From positions 64,001 to 128,000 of IMG/VR virus record IMGVR_UViG_3300010163_000003: a stretch of DNA of 64,000 nucleotides. One strand, given 5' to 3'. Source of the stretch: a virus. Lineage: Duplodnaviria > Caudoviricetes. The translations under genes and the position numbers were made by a program. Shown here in pieces: positions 48,862-58,449 of this stretch. Under the pieces are notes generated by a model, which saw only the letters and a list, made by a program, of their open reading frames with translations, made no database searches and was not told where the DNA came from. Each line of letters begins with the position of its first letter. Position 1 is the first letter of the stretch.

Positions 48862-49188
48862 TTACTCCTTTACTGTATAATTACCTCTTTGAATTACATA
48901 ATAGTCGTTAGAGAGTTTATAAAACTTGCCATAAATCTCACTATTAACAATAGCTTTTATCTTATATGATACATTAGCAGGCATAGGGCCAACTATATGC
49001 TTAGGGTCTAATGTAGGCATTTTACGAAAAACAGATTTATTATCGTTAGCGATAACAAATGGATATGTATGCTTTTCTTTAACTGGAGCATCATTTTTAA
49101 TCTCAATAACAGGTTCAATATTATTTTTTTCTTTTTGAGGAATGTTTTCTTCAATTATTGGAGCCTGATATTTCTTTGGTCTTGCCAT
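48862..49188 (-). CDS. Small protein with SH3b-like C-terminus
   Basis: SD AAGGAGG before MARPKK; FRK.P....IVG...Y.I...FYKL...YV. Confidence 0.55.
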   Translation of the reverse strand: MARPKKYQAPIIEENIPQKEKNNIEPVIEIKNDAPVKEKHTYPFVIANDNKSVFRKMPTLDPKHIVGPMPANVSYKIKAIVNSEIYGKFYKLSNDYYVIQRGNYTVKE

Positions 49189-51121
49189 TATTAATGTCCT
49201 CCTTAATTTCATTATCGTATATTTCTGCTATACTAGCGTTTACATTATAATCTTGAAAACAAAATACATCCCATATAGATGCATATTTGTTTAGCAAACC
49301 TGTTTGCTTTGGAGCCATAATTCTAAATAGCCCAAAATAGTGTCTATCTTCTTTAGATTCTAAATCCTGCAAGCATATAATAAATTGCTCCCAAGTGATT
49401 ATAAATTGATTGGCCCACGTAAAATATGGTCGAAATTCTTCTGTCAAGTCTATATCTTTCATAGTTTCTTTTTCAACATAGATTATTTGAAATGTAATAT
49501 CTGGATATTTTTTATAAATAATGCCAGGCACATAATACATATGCTTAAATTTATATAAACCATGTTTATACATTATGGTGAACCAATTGGGGCCTTCTTT
49601 TTTAATCTTAATATTTGATTCTATTATAATACCTTCATCAAGATAATTCAACCTTAATCTGTCCTTACCTGGTTCACATAAATATATTACTACATTTTCT
49701 ATGTCATAATCATTTCCAACTTCTATTGCAGGGCCTTCATACCATACTTGCAATGATGAAGTTTCAAAATTAACAATAGGAATAGTCACCTTTTCAAGTA
49801 ATTTTCTATATTGCCAACTTGCTTGATATCCTATTTTGTTTCCATCTTCATCAATGTGATACTGCCACCATGGATATAATCTTTTCCATTGAATGAATAA
49901 AGCGCCATTATTATATTGAGTAACGATATTAGAAAAAGCAAAATCCCACTCTTCTCCTTTAGCATCAAGTTCTTCAATAAAATGTATTTCACCATTTCTT
50001 ATTTCTCGTATATATTCTATTTTTACATGTATTTCATCCTTTTCTACTATATCGCCATAAGTTTTAATCCCTCCAATGTATTCAGGAATAATTCTATATG
50101 GTCTAGCTATTGTAGGGATTTCAACTTCTAATAAATGTTTCCCTCCAAATTCATCAGTACATTCTACAGTTCTTAGGATAGTTATATCATTATTATCATT
50201 AAAAATAGGTCCAGAATCTATTAAAAGATCAAAACACTCATATTCTTCTCTATCAAGATCGCGTTTCTTTCCATCTGAATATGTGAATGTTATCCATATT
50301 TCATATGGATTATATTCCTCACCAACTATCACAGCAGCTCCAGTATATTTAATGCTAATATCTATATCATAACCAATAACATTAAATGTAGCAGTTATAT
50401 TTATATCGTCCACATAAGTTATAGTAAATGTATTTATTCCTTCGACATTAACATATACATCAGATAATATATACTCGCTTGAATCTAACCTTTTAGAGTC
50501 TCCATCATCCCAGGAAATAGTTACGATAAGATCTTTTACATTATATTTATTACCTATATATATATCTGGTCCATTATATATTACAGTAAAACCAGTGATA
50601 CTTCTTTGTATGCTTGTATAGATGCTTCCTAATGGCTGGTTACGTTGATCATATACATATAGTCTATTACCTTTATAAGCATATTGCTGATAATGATCTA
50701 AACACTTTTTGCCAACATTATCATTAAGAGTATCTATTATATACTTACATAGTATAGTTCCGTTGGTAAATGTAATATCATCTACAGGAATATATAAATT
50801 TAATGCTCTATTTAATGCACTTGCATTTAATTGTTTCACATATGGATCAGGTGTTATTGATTTCTTAACAAATATAATAGTATAGTGGGCTTGGCATGTA
50901 GCACAAGTCGTGTCTATGCCAAACCCCACTAAATCTGTTGCTTTATAATCTTTGCCCAATCCATTAAAATCTACAGATACACACGTAAATCCACTCGGAT
51001 TTTTTGATGGGTCATTTTTGTTAAAGTCATGATCTATAGCAATATCATCATAATCAGAAGGTATAATATCATTCATATTAATAGCATTATTGCCTATAAT
51101 ATCTATTAACGTTTTTGCCAT
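49151..51121 (-). CDS. Structural protein with Big_3-type repeats and N-terminal CxxC domain
   Basis: Four Y.G..I.VG..Y repeats; TCATCQAHY. Confidence 0.7.
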   Translation of the reverse strand: MAKTLIDIIGNNAINMNDIIPSDYDDIAIDHDFNKNDPSKNPSGFTCVSVDFNGLGKDYKATDLVGFGIDTTCATCQAHYTIIFVKKSITPDPYVKQLNASALNRALNLYIPVDDITFTNGTILCKYIIDTLNDNVGKKCLDHYQQYAYKGNRLYVYDQRNQPLGSIYTSIQRSITGFTVIYNGPDIYIGNKYNVKDLIVTISWDDGDSKRLDSSEYILSDVYVNVEGINTFTITYVDDINITATFNVIGYDIDISIKYTGAAVIVGEEYNPYEIWITFTYSDGKKRDLDREEYECFDLLIDSGPIFNDNNDITILRTVECTDEFGGKHLLEVEIPTIARPYRIIPEYIGGIKTYGDIVEKDEIHVKIEYIREIRNGEIHFIEELDAKGEEWDFAFSNIVTQYNNGALFIQWKRLYPWWQYHIDEDGNKIGYQASWQYRKLLEKVTIPIVNFETSSLQVWYEGPAIEVGNDYDIENVVIYLCEPGKDRLRLNYLDEGIIIESNIKIKKEGPNWFTIMYKHGLYKFKHMYYVPGIIYKKYPDITFQIIYVEKETMKDIDLTEEFRPYFTWANQFIITWEQFIICLQDLESKEDRHYFGLFRIMAPKQTGLLNKYASIWDVFCFQDYNVNASIAEIYDNEIKEDINNGKTKEISGSNN

Positions 51122-51133
51122 AATTACACCCTC

Positions 51134-52936
51134 TTACTCAAAAGTAACACTAATTATAGTTTCTCTTATGCCAGAAGAAGTATTGCTATATTCTACAGGC
51201 ATACCAAGGTATGATAAATGAGGCATACTAGCTATATATATCATATCATTTAAAATAGAATACATGTCATTTGATGTTATTCCTCCATTAATAGTAAAAT
51301 CTGTACGCTGATCTTCACACTTAGCAATAATCTTAAGATGCGTTGTACCTTTAGGAACAGTAATATTATATCTTGCTATGTTAGGATCAAATGCAGGAGT
51401 TAAAACACCAGGAGATACTTCTAATTGGGATAACCTCAATGATACTTTGTCAACTTTTTCTTTAACAATCTTAAATCTATATTCTCTTACCATATTGTTA
51501 ATGTTGCCGCCTATGGTTGGAATTTCATTATATTCTATTCTAGAAAAACAAGATATTACAAAAGTATCTGTTTCCATGTGATCAATAAGATATTTACCGT
51601 CGGAAGCAAGACCTACAGTAGAAGAAAAAGTAGCTCTATTGTCTGCTAATGTACAGGGAATTTCAATAAACACAGCGTCTTCTGGTAACGTAGCCACATA
51701 ATCTGTAATATAAGGATTAAATTCTGGTTCAAGTTTCCCATTAAGAAGACTAAGAGTTTTTAGATATAACGATATAGGCTCTGGCTTTGGAGGCTCCACA
51801 ACCTTTGGAGGTTTATATTCAATTAAACCATATTTAGAAAATCCATTTATATAACCATCATAAAGATGAGGAATATATCCTACACCAGAAACATCGGATG
51901 CGTTTTGATCCCAGTAATGCTCATTCCAATGGAACGAATCCCAAAAGATAGGAGATTCAGAATTTAAAATACTTATGTATTTCTTAAGTCTGTTTTTTGC
52001 TTTATGTTCAGCAGTAAATAATTCATTGTATAGTTTAATGTCATCTTTATTGTGTAATTGATGCATTTCTAATCCATGTACATAGCTTACAACATGATTT
52101 CGTATGGGAATATATTTGTTTACATCACTTGCTTTAAGAAGAACAGTGCCAACGTCTGTAATGAATACACTAGAATCTTGCACTGGTTGCTTATCTATGG
52201 TAATAGAATTTAGCACTATCATTGAATCTTTTAATTCTATATCAGACATTGGATTATCCCAATGAATAAAGCGCCTTAATGACAGTTCTCTTCCGATACC
52301 ATTTATTAAACCAGGCTTGCTGGCTCCAGCAGGATTAATAAATACATCTACAATGCGTTTACCATAATCAAAATTAGATTCTTCTGGTAAACGAGGACAA
52401 GATAATAAGTTACCGATTTCATCAAAAAAATTCCATACGTGATGAGGCATTAACTTATATGTTTGTTCTTTATCATCTTTAAATACTATTCGTATTTTAC
52501 CATTATTGTTTATTGCATCTACATTAAATTTTTTTCTTACATATATTATATTACGTTTAGTGTCTACGTAATATGTTTCAAATGAATATGCGGTGGTATC
52601 AACAATACCATTTCTATTTACCCCAAAGAATTCTCTTACGGTATCTACTTTAGATAAGCCTACATTATTAGCAAATACACCTTTAATGTCTCCACTTTTA
52701 AATGGCATAGGTAATATTACTTTATAACAGAAATCTGCTTGATCCATATCCAATGTATTGACATAACATTGGCGATAAGCATAATCTATTACATAACGCA
52801 TATCATCTAATTCTAGTCCACATACGTTAAGAAATCTAGCACCTATGCTGTCTTTAGAATATTTTCGTATTTGAAACCAATATGGGAGCATATTTAATAT
52901 AGCGTTCGTATATCGTGCAAATACTAAGTCTGCCAT
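51134..52936 (-). CDS. Baseplate wedge-like protein with two C-terminal cadherin-like beta-sandwich domains
   Basis: FDEIG.LL..PRL..E.N..Y..RI; L..L....G.L.P.F.P....Y...(L/V)P twice. Confidence 0.7.
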   Translation of the reverse strand: MADLVFARYTNAILNMLPYWFQIRKYSKDSIGARFLNVCGLELDDMRYVIDYAYRQCYVNTLDMDQADFCYKVILPMPFKSGDIKGVFANNVGLSKVDTVREFFGVNRNGIVDTTAYSFETYYVDTKRNIIYVRKKFNVDAINNNGKIRIVFKDDKEQTYKLMPHHVWNFFDEIGNLLSCPRLPEESNFDYGKRIVDVFINPAGASKPGLINGIGRELSLRRFIHWDNPMSDIELKDSMIVLNSITIDKQPVQDSSVFITDVGTVLLKASDVNKYIPIRNHVVSYVHGLEMHQLHNKDDIKLYNELFTAEHKAKNRLKKYISILNSESPIFWDSFHWNEHYWDQNASDVSGVGYIPHLYDGYINGFSKYGLIEYKPPKVVEPPKPEPISLYLKTLSLLNGKLEPEFNPYITDYVATLPEDAVFIEIPCTLADNRATFSSTVGLASDGKYLIDHMETDTFVISCFSRIEYNEIPTIGGNINNMVREYRFKIVKEKVDKVSLRLSQLEVSPGVLTPAFDPNIARYNITVPKGTTHLKIIAKCEDQRTDFTINGGITSNDMYSILNDMIYIASMPHLSYLGMPVEYSNTSSGIRETIISVTFE

Positions 52937-52947
52937 ATACTCACCCC

Positions 52948-53790
52948 TTATATTATAACAACGTTATCAGCTTCATTAGATGGAGCAAATATTTCAAACC
53001 ATCTACAAGATTGATTTACATACAAAGCTTTCTCTCCATTAATCTTTAATTCAATGTTGGCTTCTTGAATGATGTGATTTGATACATTCATAATTAATTG
53101 TGTAATTTTATCTACATTAAAGTCTTCTCCTATGGTAAGAGATGACAAATATTTTATTAATTCTGCTTGAACAGTATATCTAATTTCCTGTTTTTCCAAT
53201 GTAGATAATTTGTCATCAAAAAATATTTGATGTTTAATTGATATATACGTAAGAGTTGGAGTAGTTACATTATATCTAATTCCATATCCATGTATATTAG
53301 AAAGTCTAGTGTAAACCCTATTTATAACATCTTGTTCTGTAAAATCGGATGATAGTACGCTTGTATCTAATATCAATATAACAGAAAAAGAACCTGCACC
53401 CATAGCATATGGTTTTAATACAACATCGCTTACGCCATATGTAGTAAGAACAGTTAAACGAATTGACGTTGCATTAGATGTAGCAAGAGTAAGACATTGT
53501 CTTGTAATTCTATATCTATAATTATTGTCAGTTTCATCTGTTTGCCTGAAACATTGTAATAATGCTCCTATTGCATCAAGAGCATCTCCATCGGCAGTAG
53601 TTACAAATGCACGCAAATGATTTACTGTTAATGTTTGATATAAGTCTGCTATATTCTTATTAACGATATTCATAAATAATTTTGCTACACTACCTGGACT
53701 TGTATCAAACCCTATAGCTTCCAAATCTTTAGTTGACTCTTTTCGTAATTCTTCAAAAGTTTTTGTATTCAAAACAATCATATATGTCAC
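52948..53790 (-). CDS. Baseplate J/gp6-like protein
   Basis: TA.G.ALD.IG...R...ETD..YR.RI; YGV.DV. Confidence 0.75.
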   Translation of the reverse strand: MTYMIVLNTKTFEELRKESTKDLEAIGFDTSPGSVAKLFMNIVNKNIADLYQTLTVNHLRAFVTTADGDALDAIGALLQCFRQTDETDNNYRYRITRQCLTLATSNATSIRLTVLTTYGVSDVVLKPYAMGAGSFSVILILDTSVLSSDFTEQDVINRVYTRLSNIHGYGIRYNVTTPTLTYISIKHQIFFDDKLSTLEKQEIRYTVQAELIKYLSSLTIGEDFNVDKITQLIMNVSNHIIQEANIELKINGEKALYVNQSCRWFEIFAPSNEADNVVII

Positions 53791-54314
53791 CTCTGTTCGG
53801 GGGCTGGTATCGACCGTTTATAGTCGATACCAGCAAAATTCCCTGTACGTTTAGGATTCCACCCTAAACGTACATAAACACCTTTAACTAAATCAAGAGT
53901 AACATTTATCTCGTAGCAATATGGATCGTTAGTAGTAGTAGATATAGGATTAACAGTAGTATCTTCTGGGTCATATAATTTGAGATAGATATTATATTCT
54001 ATCAAAACATTATTTTTTATGGTAGCCATTATAAATACCTCATGACTAAGCCATAACTTATCATAGGTTAATACGTCTAATATTTTTTGCTTCCCATATT
54101 CTACTATGTCTTGTGTACAATGTTGCCCTATTAATTCTTCAAGATTGGCTCCAATATTATCTATAAACCAGTCATGTGTTATAGACTTAATGCGACTATA
54201 TGAAAGTTGAACTTTTAAATCATTTTGAGTTACAGTTTCTATCTCATGATTGCTTTGGTTAACTTCAATTTCCCCTTGAGGAAGAAGTTTAAAATCGAAA
54301 CCATTAGCTGCCAT
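53787..54314 (-). CDS. gp25-like baseplate protein
   Basis: DWF...IGANLEELIG; position just before baseplate J. Confidence 0.6.
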   Translation of the reverse strand: MAANGFDFKLLPQGEIEVNQSNHEIETVTQNDLKVQLSYSRIKSITHDWFIDNIGANLEELIGQHCTQDIVEYGKQKILDVLTYDKLWLSHEVFIMATIKNNVLIEYNIYLKLYDPEDTTVNPISTTTNDPYCYEINVTLDLVKGVYVRLGWNPKRTGNFAGIDYKRSIPAPEQR

Positions 54315-54468
54315 GTGAGTCTTCCTCTTTTATTTTATTAACATTTACTTTTTTAACGTTCATTCTTTTTTTTAAAGCGTCTAGCTCTTCTTTTGATATT
54401 CCTATATTGGGTAAACGCTTCTTGAATTTTGAATCATTCCCCGGAGACTTAAAATCAATTTGTTTCAT
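54304..54468 (-). CDS. Small basic hypothetical protein
   Basis: SD GGAGG before MKQIDFK. Confidence 0.5.
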   Translation of the reverse strand: MKQIDFKSPGNDSKFKKRLPNIGISKEELDALKKRMNVKKVNVNKIKEEDSHGS

Positions 54469-54469
54469 A

Positions 54470-57412
54470 TTAAAATCCTCCATATAGAGTATTACCTTCG
54501 TACTTGTTAGAGTTACATGTGCCAATTGGATATTTTAAATATGTGCCAATTTCTTGAGAGCCATCAGGATTGTATCCGCTATCTTGATTTTCTTTCTGGT
54601 ATGTATCCCTAAACCTAGATGGGCCTTGATGTTCGGAAAAAGCTAGATCGGTTCCTGGAATTTGAATTTGCCCAACATAAATACCATTATTGATTTCAGC
54701 AGTAGGAACATTAAAATGATTCCATATACAAATACTTGCAAGAGCTGATTCTGTAAATCCTTGAGATGCAGCACTATCGGCCAATGAACGAGATGATACA
54801 TCGTCATGCGTACAATCTACTTCTTGCCAATAAGAACCTGTCATTCCGCATTCTTTTGGTGTTTTTTGTTCATAAGAAACCATGTTCCAGTCATGGTTTC
54901 CATCCCGTTCATTGCCAACATGCCCTACGACAATAAGGCAAGAGATTCCCCATCTATCACAGCAATATTTAAATGCTCTTGCGTAAGATGCACAAATTGG
55001 ATCATATTCTCCCTTAGAAAGAGCAGGATATGCGATTTGATTAAGCATAATCCCATCGACCCATGGCGGCTTAGTAGCTTCCATCGAAGTATCTCCATAA
55101 TGATTATGTGTTTCTATCCAATCATGAATGACTTTGGCAATTTGTTTCTTCTGTGTTTTTGTATATCTTCTATTATTATTATAAAATGTATCTTCAACAT
55201 AATCAATATTGTAATACTGTTTAATAATTCCACATATTTCTTTAAATGTAGAGTCCATAGTTTTAAGCATTTTATTTGCCGTACTTTCATTAAAGTATGG
55301 GACAAGGTGAAAATATATTTGTCCAGTGTCTGAGTCATAAAGATCTCCATCTGTTTCATATTTCCATTGATAAAGAAGATGTGGACAATCATATTCAACA
55401 ATTCTTTGGACACGATCGACATCATAATAATCTAAATTAAGATCTTCAACGGGGATACAGAGATATTTGCCATTCATTTCATTAAACATAGAATCGAAAC
55501 CTTGCTCAGAAGAATTGAATATGGCATTTTGAGTTATTTCACCAGAACCATCAAAAGATGTATAAATAATAGGCTTTTTGCCATTGTTTACATAAGAATT
55601 ATAAATTCTAGTATAAAGCTCTTGTAATGCCTTATTTCCAGATAACTCATCCCATCCCCATTGATCTGTAAAATCCTTAACTTCGCTAATATTATAATAT
55701 TCAGAAGTGTCAGAAGGCGTTGGAGGGTTCGGAGGTGGGTCAGGATCATCTGTGGAAGGACCAGGGTTAGGAGATTCGCCTGGGTCTTCAGGCTTAGGAG
55801 GATCATTATTATCAGACTCGTATAAATCTATATCAAATTCATAGTCTATGTCATAATTAATTATAGCATTATCCATACAGCTAGGTGTATCATGTGCGCT
55901 AAATACAAAGAATCTTACTTGTCTTATATCATCATTCTTTGTAAATGTCATTCTTTCAGCTTCAGACTTGCCAGGAACATAATGATTAACATCATTTAAA
56001 TCAGCTCTTTGTAATGTAACATTTCCAAATACAAGAGGACCATGTGGACCATCAGTAACCATTGCAGTTGTCCCAAGGTTAGTAAGGTTAACCCTTCTTT
56101 CTTCAGTGTTACCTAAGTCCCATATTGTATAAGTTTTACCATCTGTTTTCTTTGCAAATATTGCAAGTGCATCAGTCTTTTTACTGTTACCATGCCCATC
56201 AAATTTTAAATGGAACTTAACAGCAGATATATAAGCACCAAATACAACTGATGTGGTAATCCATCCACTATCATACCATGAGCCATAACCCTTATTTACA
56301 CTCATAGTTCCGTTGCCACTCATATTACCATCGCTACCCATTACTTTTATAACGCCAGCAGCAGTCTTTGGTTCAACAGATGGAGCATTATGTGTTACTA
56401 CAACCGGATATATGCCTACTTCATTAAAAGTGAATTGATGCTTATAATAAATAGCTCTTTTTTCAATATCTTCCTTAACATCTTTATATCCAGAACAATC
56501 ATATGTCCTTTCAAGGTTTGGATAACTTGGATCTTGTCCTTCAACTTTCATTATGACAGTTTCAATCCCAGTTTTTTTATCTAATTTTCCATCATTAGCA
56601 TATTCAAAAGAAAGCGTGATATCATCTAAATTCATTAATTGCCAAAGAGCATATACTACCCCGTCAGGAATTAAATGAGTAACTGTTTTATTAGTAATAG
56701 CTGAAGTAGAATCTGGAGCTTCTCCCCAACCCATAAAACGGTATGTAGCTTTGGATGGAACGATAGACGTATTAAGAATAAAGTTATGTTCTTCATCTGA
56801 AGTAGGTCCGTATGTATCTACAGGAGGCTCTCCAGTTCCACCATTAGGATTATAGGTTAATGTATACATATAAAGTTTACGCCATACAGCATATAAATAA
56901 GCAATATGCTCTGGAGTATCTAGATCTCTTTCAAATTCAAAATTGGACACTAACATATTTGGAAGATAATGAGGCTCTTCGGCCTTCCAATTAGAGGACC
57001 ATCCAAGAAATTCTTCATTAGGAACTTCAGGATGCATATTGGAACCTTCTAAAAAATCAGGTACAGTAAATGATTCTCCAATGTTTACATATTGTCGTTT
57101 TGCTTCGCATCCTTGACGGTTCCATACGTAACCAATAACATAATCCTTTAAAAATGCTTTAACTCCATTTTTATAATATCCTCCAGGTAACTCTTTCTGT
57201 TTTTCATTTACAGAAAGAGTTATATTTCCATCTTGCTCTGGAACTTCTCCAAGACAAGTTATAGCTCTTATTTTTTCTGCCATTTCTGATGACTTCATTG
57301 GTGATTCAATAGGTTCAGGAGAACCATTAATTTTGTATTTTTCATTAATAGCCTCACGAGCATTGTCTATATCTTTAATGACTTGACTTAACTCATTTGA
57401 TAATATTGCCAT
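54470..57412 (-). CDS. Fibre-like protein with Flg_new (Listeria-Bacteroides) repeats, Pro-rich linker and C-terminal transglutaminase-like domain
   Basis: YNPNGGTG...F.GW...YA.W; PKPEDPGESPNPGP...; ICASYARAF...HDWNMV...VDCT. Confidence 0.75.
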   Translation of the reverse strand: MAILSNELSQVIKDIDNAREAINEKYKINGSPEPIESPMKSSEMAEKIRAITCLGEVPEQDGNITLSVNEKQKELPGGYYKNGVKAFLKDYVIGYVWNRQGCEAKRQYVNIGESFTVPDFLEGSNMHPEVPNEEFLGWSSNWKAEEPHYLPNMLVSNFEFERDLDTPEHIAYLYAVWRKLYMYTLTYNPNGGTGEPPVDTYGPTSDEEHNFILNTSIVPSKATYRFMGWGEAPDSTSAITNKTVTHLIPDGVVYALWQLMNLDDITLSFEYANDGKLDKKTGIETVIMKVEGQDPSYPNLERTYDCSGYKDVKEDIEKRAIYYKHQFTFNEVGIYPVVVTHNAPSVEPKTAAGVIKVMGSDGNMSGNGTMSVNKGYGSWYDSGWITTSVVFGAYISAVKFHLKFDGHGNSKKTDALAIFAKKTDGKTYTIWDLGNTEERRVNLTNLGTTAMVTDGPHGPLVFGNVTLQRADLNDVNHYVPGKSEAERMTFTKNDDIRQVRFFVFSAHDTPSCMDNAIINYDIDYEFDIDLYESDNNDPPKPEDPGESPNPGPSTDDPDPPPNPPTPSDTSEYYNISEVKDFTDQWGWDELSGNKALQELYTRIYNSYVNNGKKPIIYTSFDGSGEITQNAIFNSSEQGFDSMFNEMNGKYLCIPVEDLNLDYYDVDRVQRIVEYDCPHLLYQWKYETDGDLYDSDTGQIYFHLVPYFNESTANKMLKTMDSTFKEICGIIKQYYNIDYVEDTFYNNNRRYTKTQKKQIAKVIHDWIETHNHYGDTSMEATKPPWVDGIMLNQIAYPALSKGEYDPICASYARAFKYCCDRWGISCLIVVGHVGNERDGNHDWNMVSYEQKTPKECGMTGSYWQEVDCTHDDVSSRSLADSAASQGFTESALASICIWNHFNVPTAEINNGIYVGQIQIPGTDLAFSEHQGPSRFRDTYQKENQDSGYNPDGSQEIGTYLKYPIGTCNSNKYEGNTLYGGF

Positions 57413-58443
57413 TAATCAAGCCCCCATTTCTTTCTACCAAGAGCAAGCTCTTTACAGAAGTAATTATAATAGTCCATAACTTGGTTATATACTGCTTTAA
57501 CTTTATCAAGAGTATCATATTCATAAAAGCGATATTGACTTTTAAGAGTTTCATACTGTTGAATTTGTTCATCTATGTCGCTAAATACTTGTGTATCTCC
57601 AGTAATAATTTTTGTATTGGCAACACACTTTTTGAATTCTTGTATGTCTCCATCTATACGCATAAATAGTTTTTCAATGTCTTTCATAAGATCATCAATA
57701 AGCTTTTTGTTTTCTTCAGGTTCTGGTTCGTATGGACAGTTCTTGCACTTATTTAATATCTCAATTAAATTATACTCTCCATTGATACCAATTTCAAACC
57801 CATAAAAATATATCTTATGGTTTTTCTTAGAAATTCTAATGCCTATATTGTTTTCAACAAAGATATCTATATCTCCATTACTTCTCATTTTTAAAGTAGA
57901 TTTAGTATCCAAATTTGTTATACCTACTTCATCTTGTTTGTATTTATCTAAATCCATTATTAAATCATGAGAAACGGCGTTAGCATCTAATGAAGAATAT
58001 ACGCCAATATAGTTGTCATATTTATCTTTATCGATATTGTCTTTATCGATCCAATCCTCTACCATAGGAACAATGGTAGAGGATTGGATTTCGCGAATGT
58101 CTTCGTCTATAAGATAAGCCCCTTGTCTTGTGTTAGTTTTATCGTTATATGTACTATCAGTAATGCCAGTTATGACCGGAGCAAGTATGTTTCCATTGAT
58201 AAATGTTATAGAACATGTTTGACCTACTTGTAATCCTCCAGTTGTCATAGCTCCTAAACTATTTGCAATTGGAGTAGCTTCTTTAATAAGATATCCTTCG
58301 CCAGTTGGATTAGAATACCTTATTTTTGCAAGATTATATATTTTATCATATTCAAGAATTGTGGCTGCTGAGGTATGTATTTCAAGTCTATTATTGGTAT
58401 TTATCTGATTCTGAATAGCATTCTTAATAATACCCATATACAC
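57412..58443 (-). CDS. Baseplate spike/gp5-gpV-like protein
   Basis: OB-like N-terminus (VGQ.C.I.F..G...PVI.G); position after the hub gene. Confidence 0.5.
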   Translation of the reverse strand: MYMGIIKNAIQNQINTNNRLEIHTSAATILEYDKIYNLAKIRYSNPTGEGYLIKEATPIANSLGAMTTGGLQVGQTCSITFINGNILAPVITGITDSTYNDKTNTRQGAYLIDEDIREIQSSTIVPMVEDWIDKDNIDKDKYDNYIGVYSSLDANAVSHDLIMDLDKYKQDEVGITNLDTKSTLKMRSNGDIDIFVENNIGIRISKKNHKIYFYGFEIGINGEYNLIEILNKCKNCPYEPEPEENKKLIDDLMKDIEKLFMRIDGDIQEFKKCVANTKIITGDTQVFSDIDEQIQQYETLKSQYRFYEYDTLDKVKAVYNQVMDYYNYFCKELALGRKKWGLD

Positions 58444-58449
58444 ACCTTC

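Noticed and set aside
54806-55333. Antisense and alternate-frame ORFs (e.g. 54806..55333, 45118..45519, 11472..11879, 7100..7480)
   Set aside because: They are shadows of well-supported genes, with no SD and no recognisable motifs.
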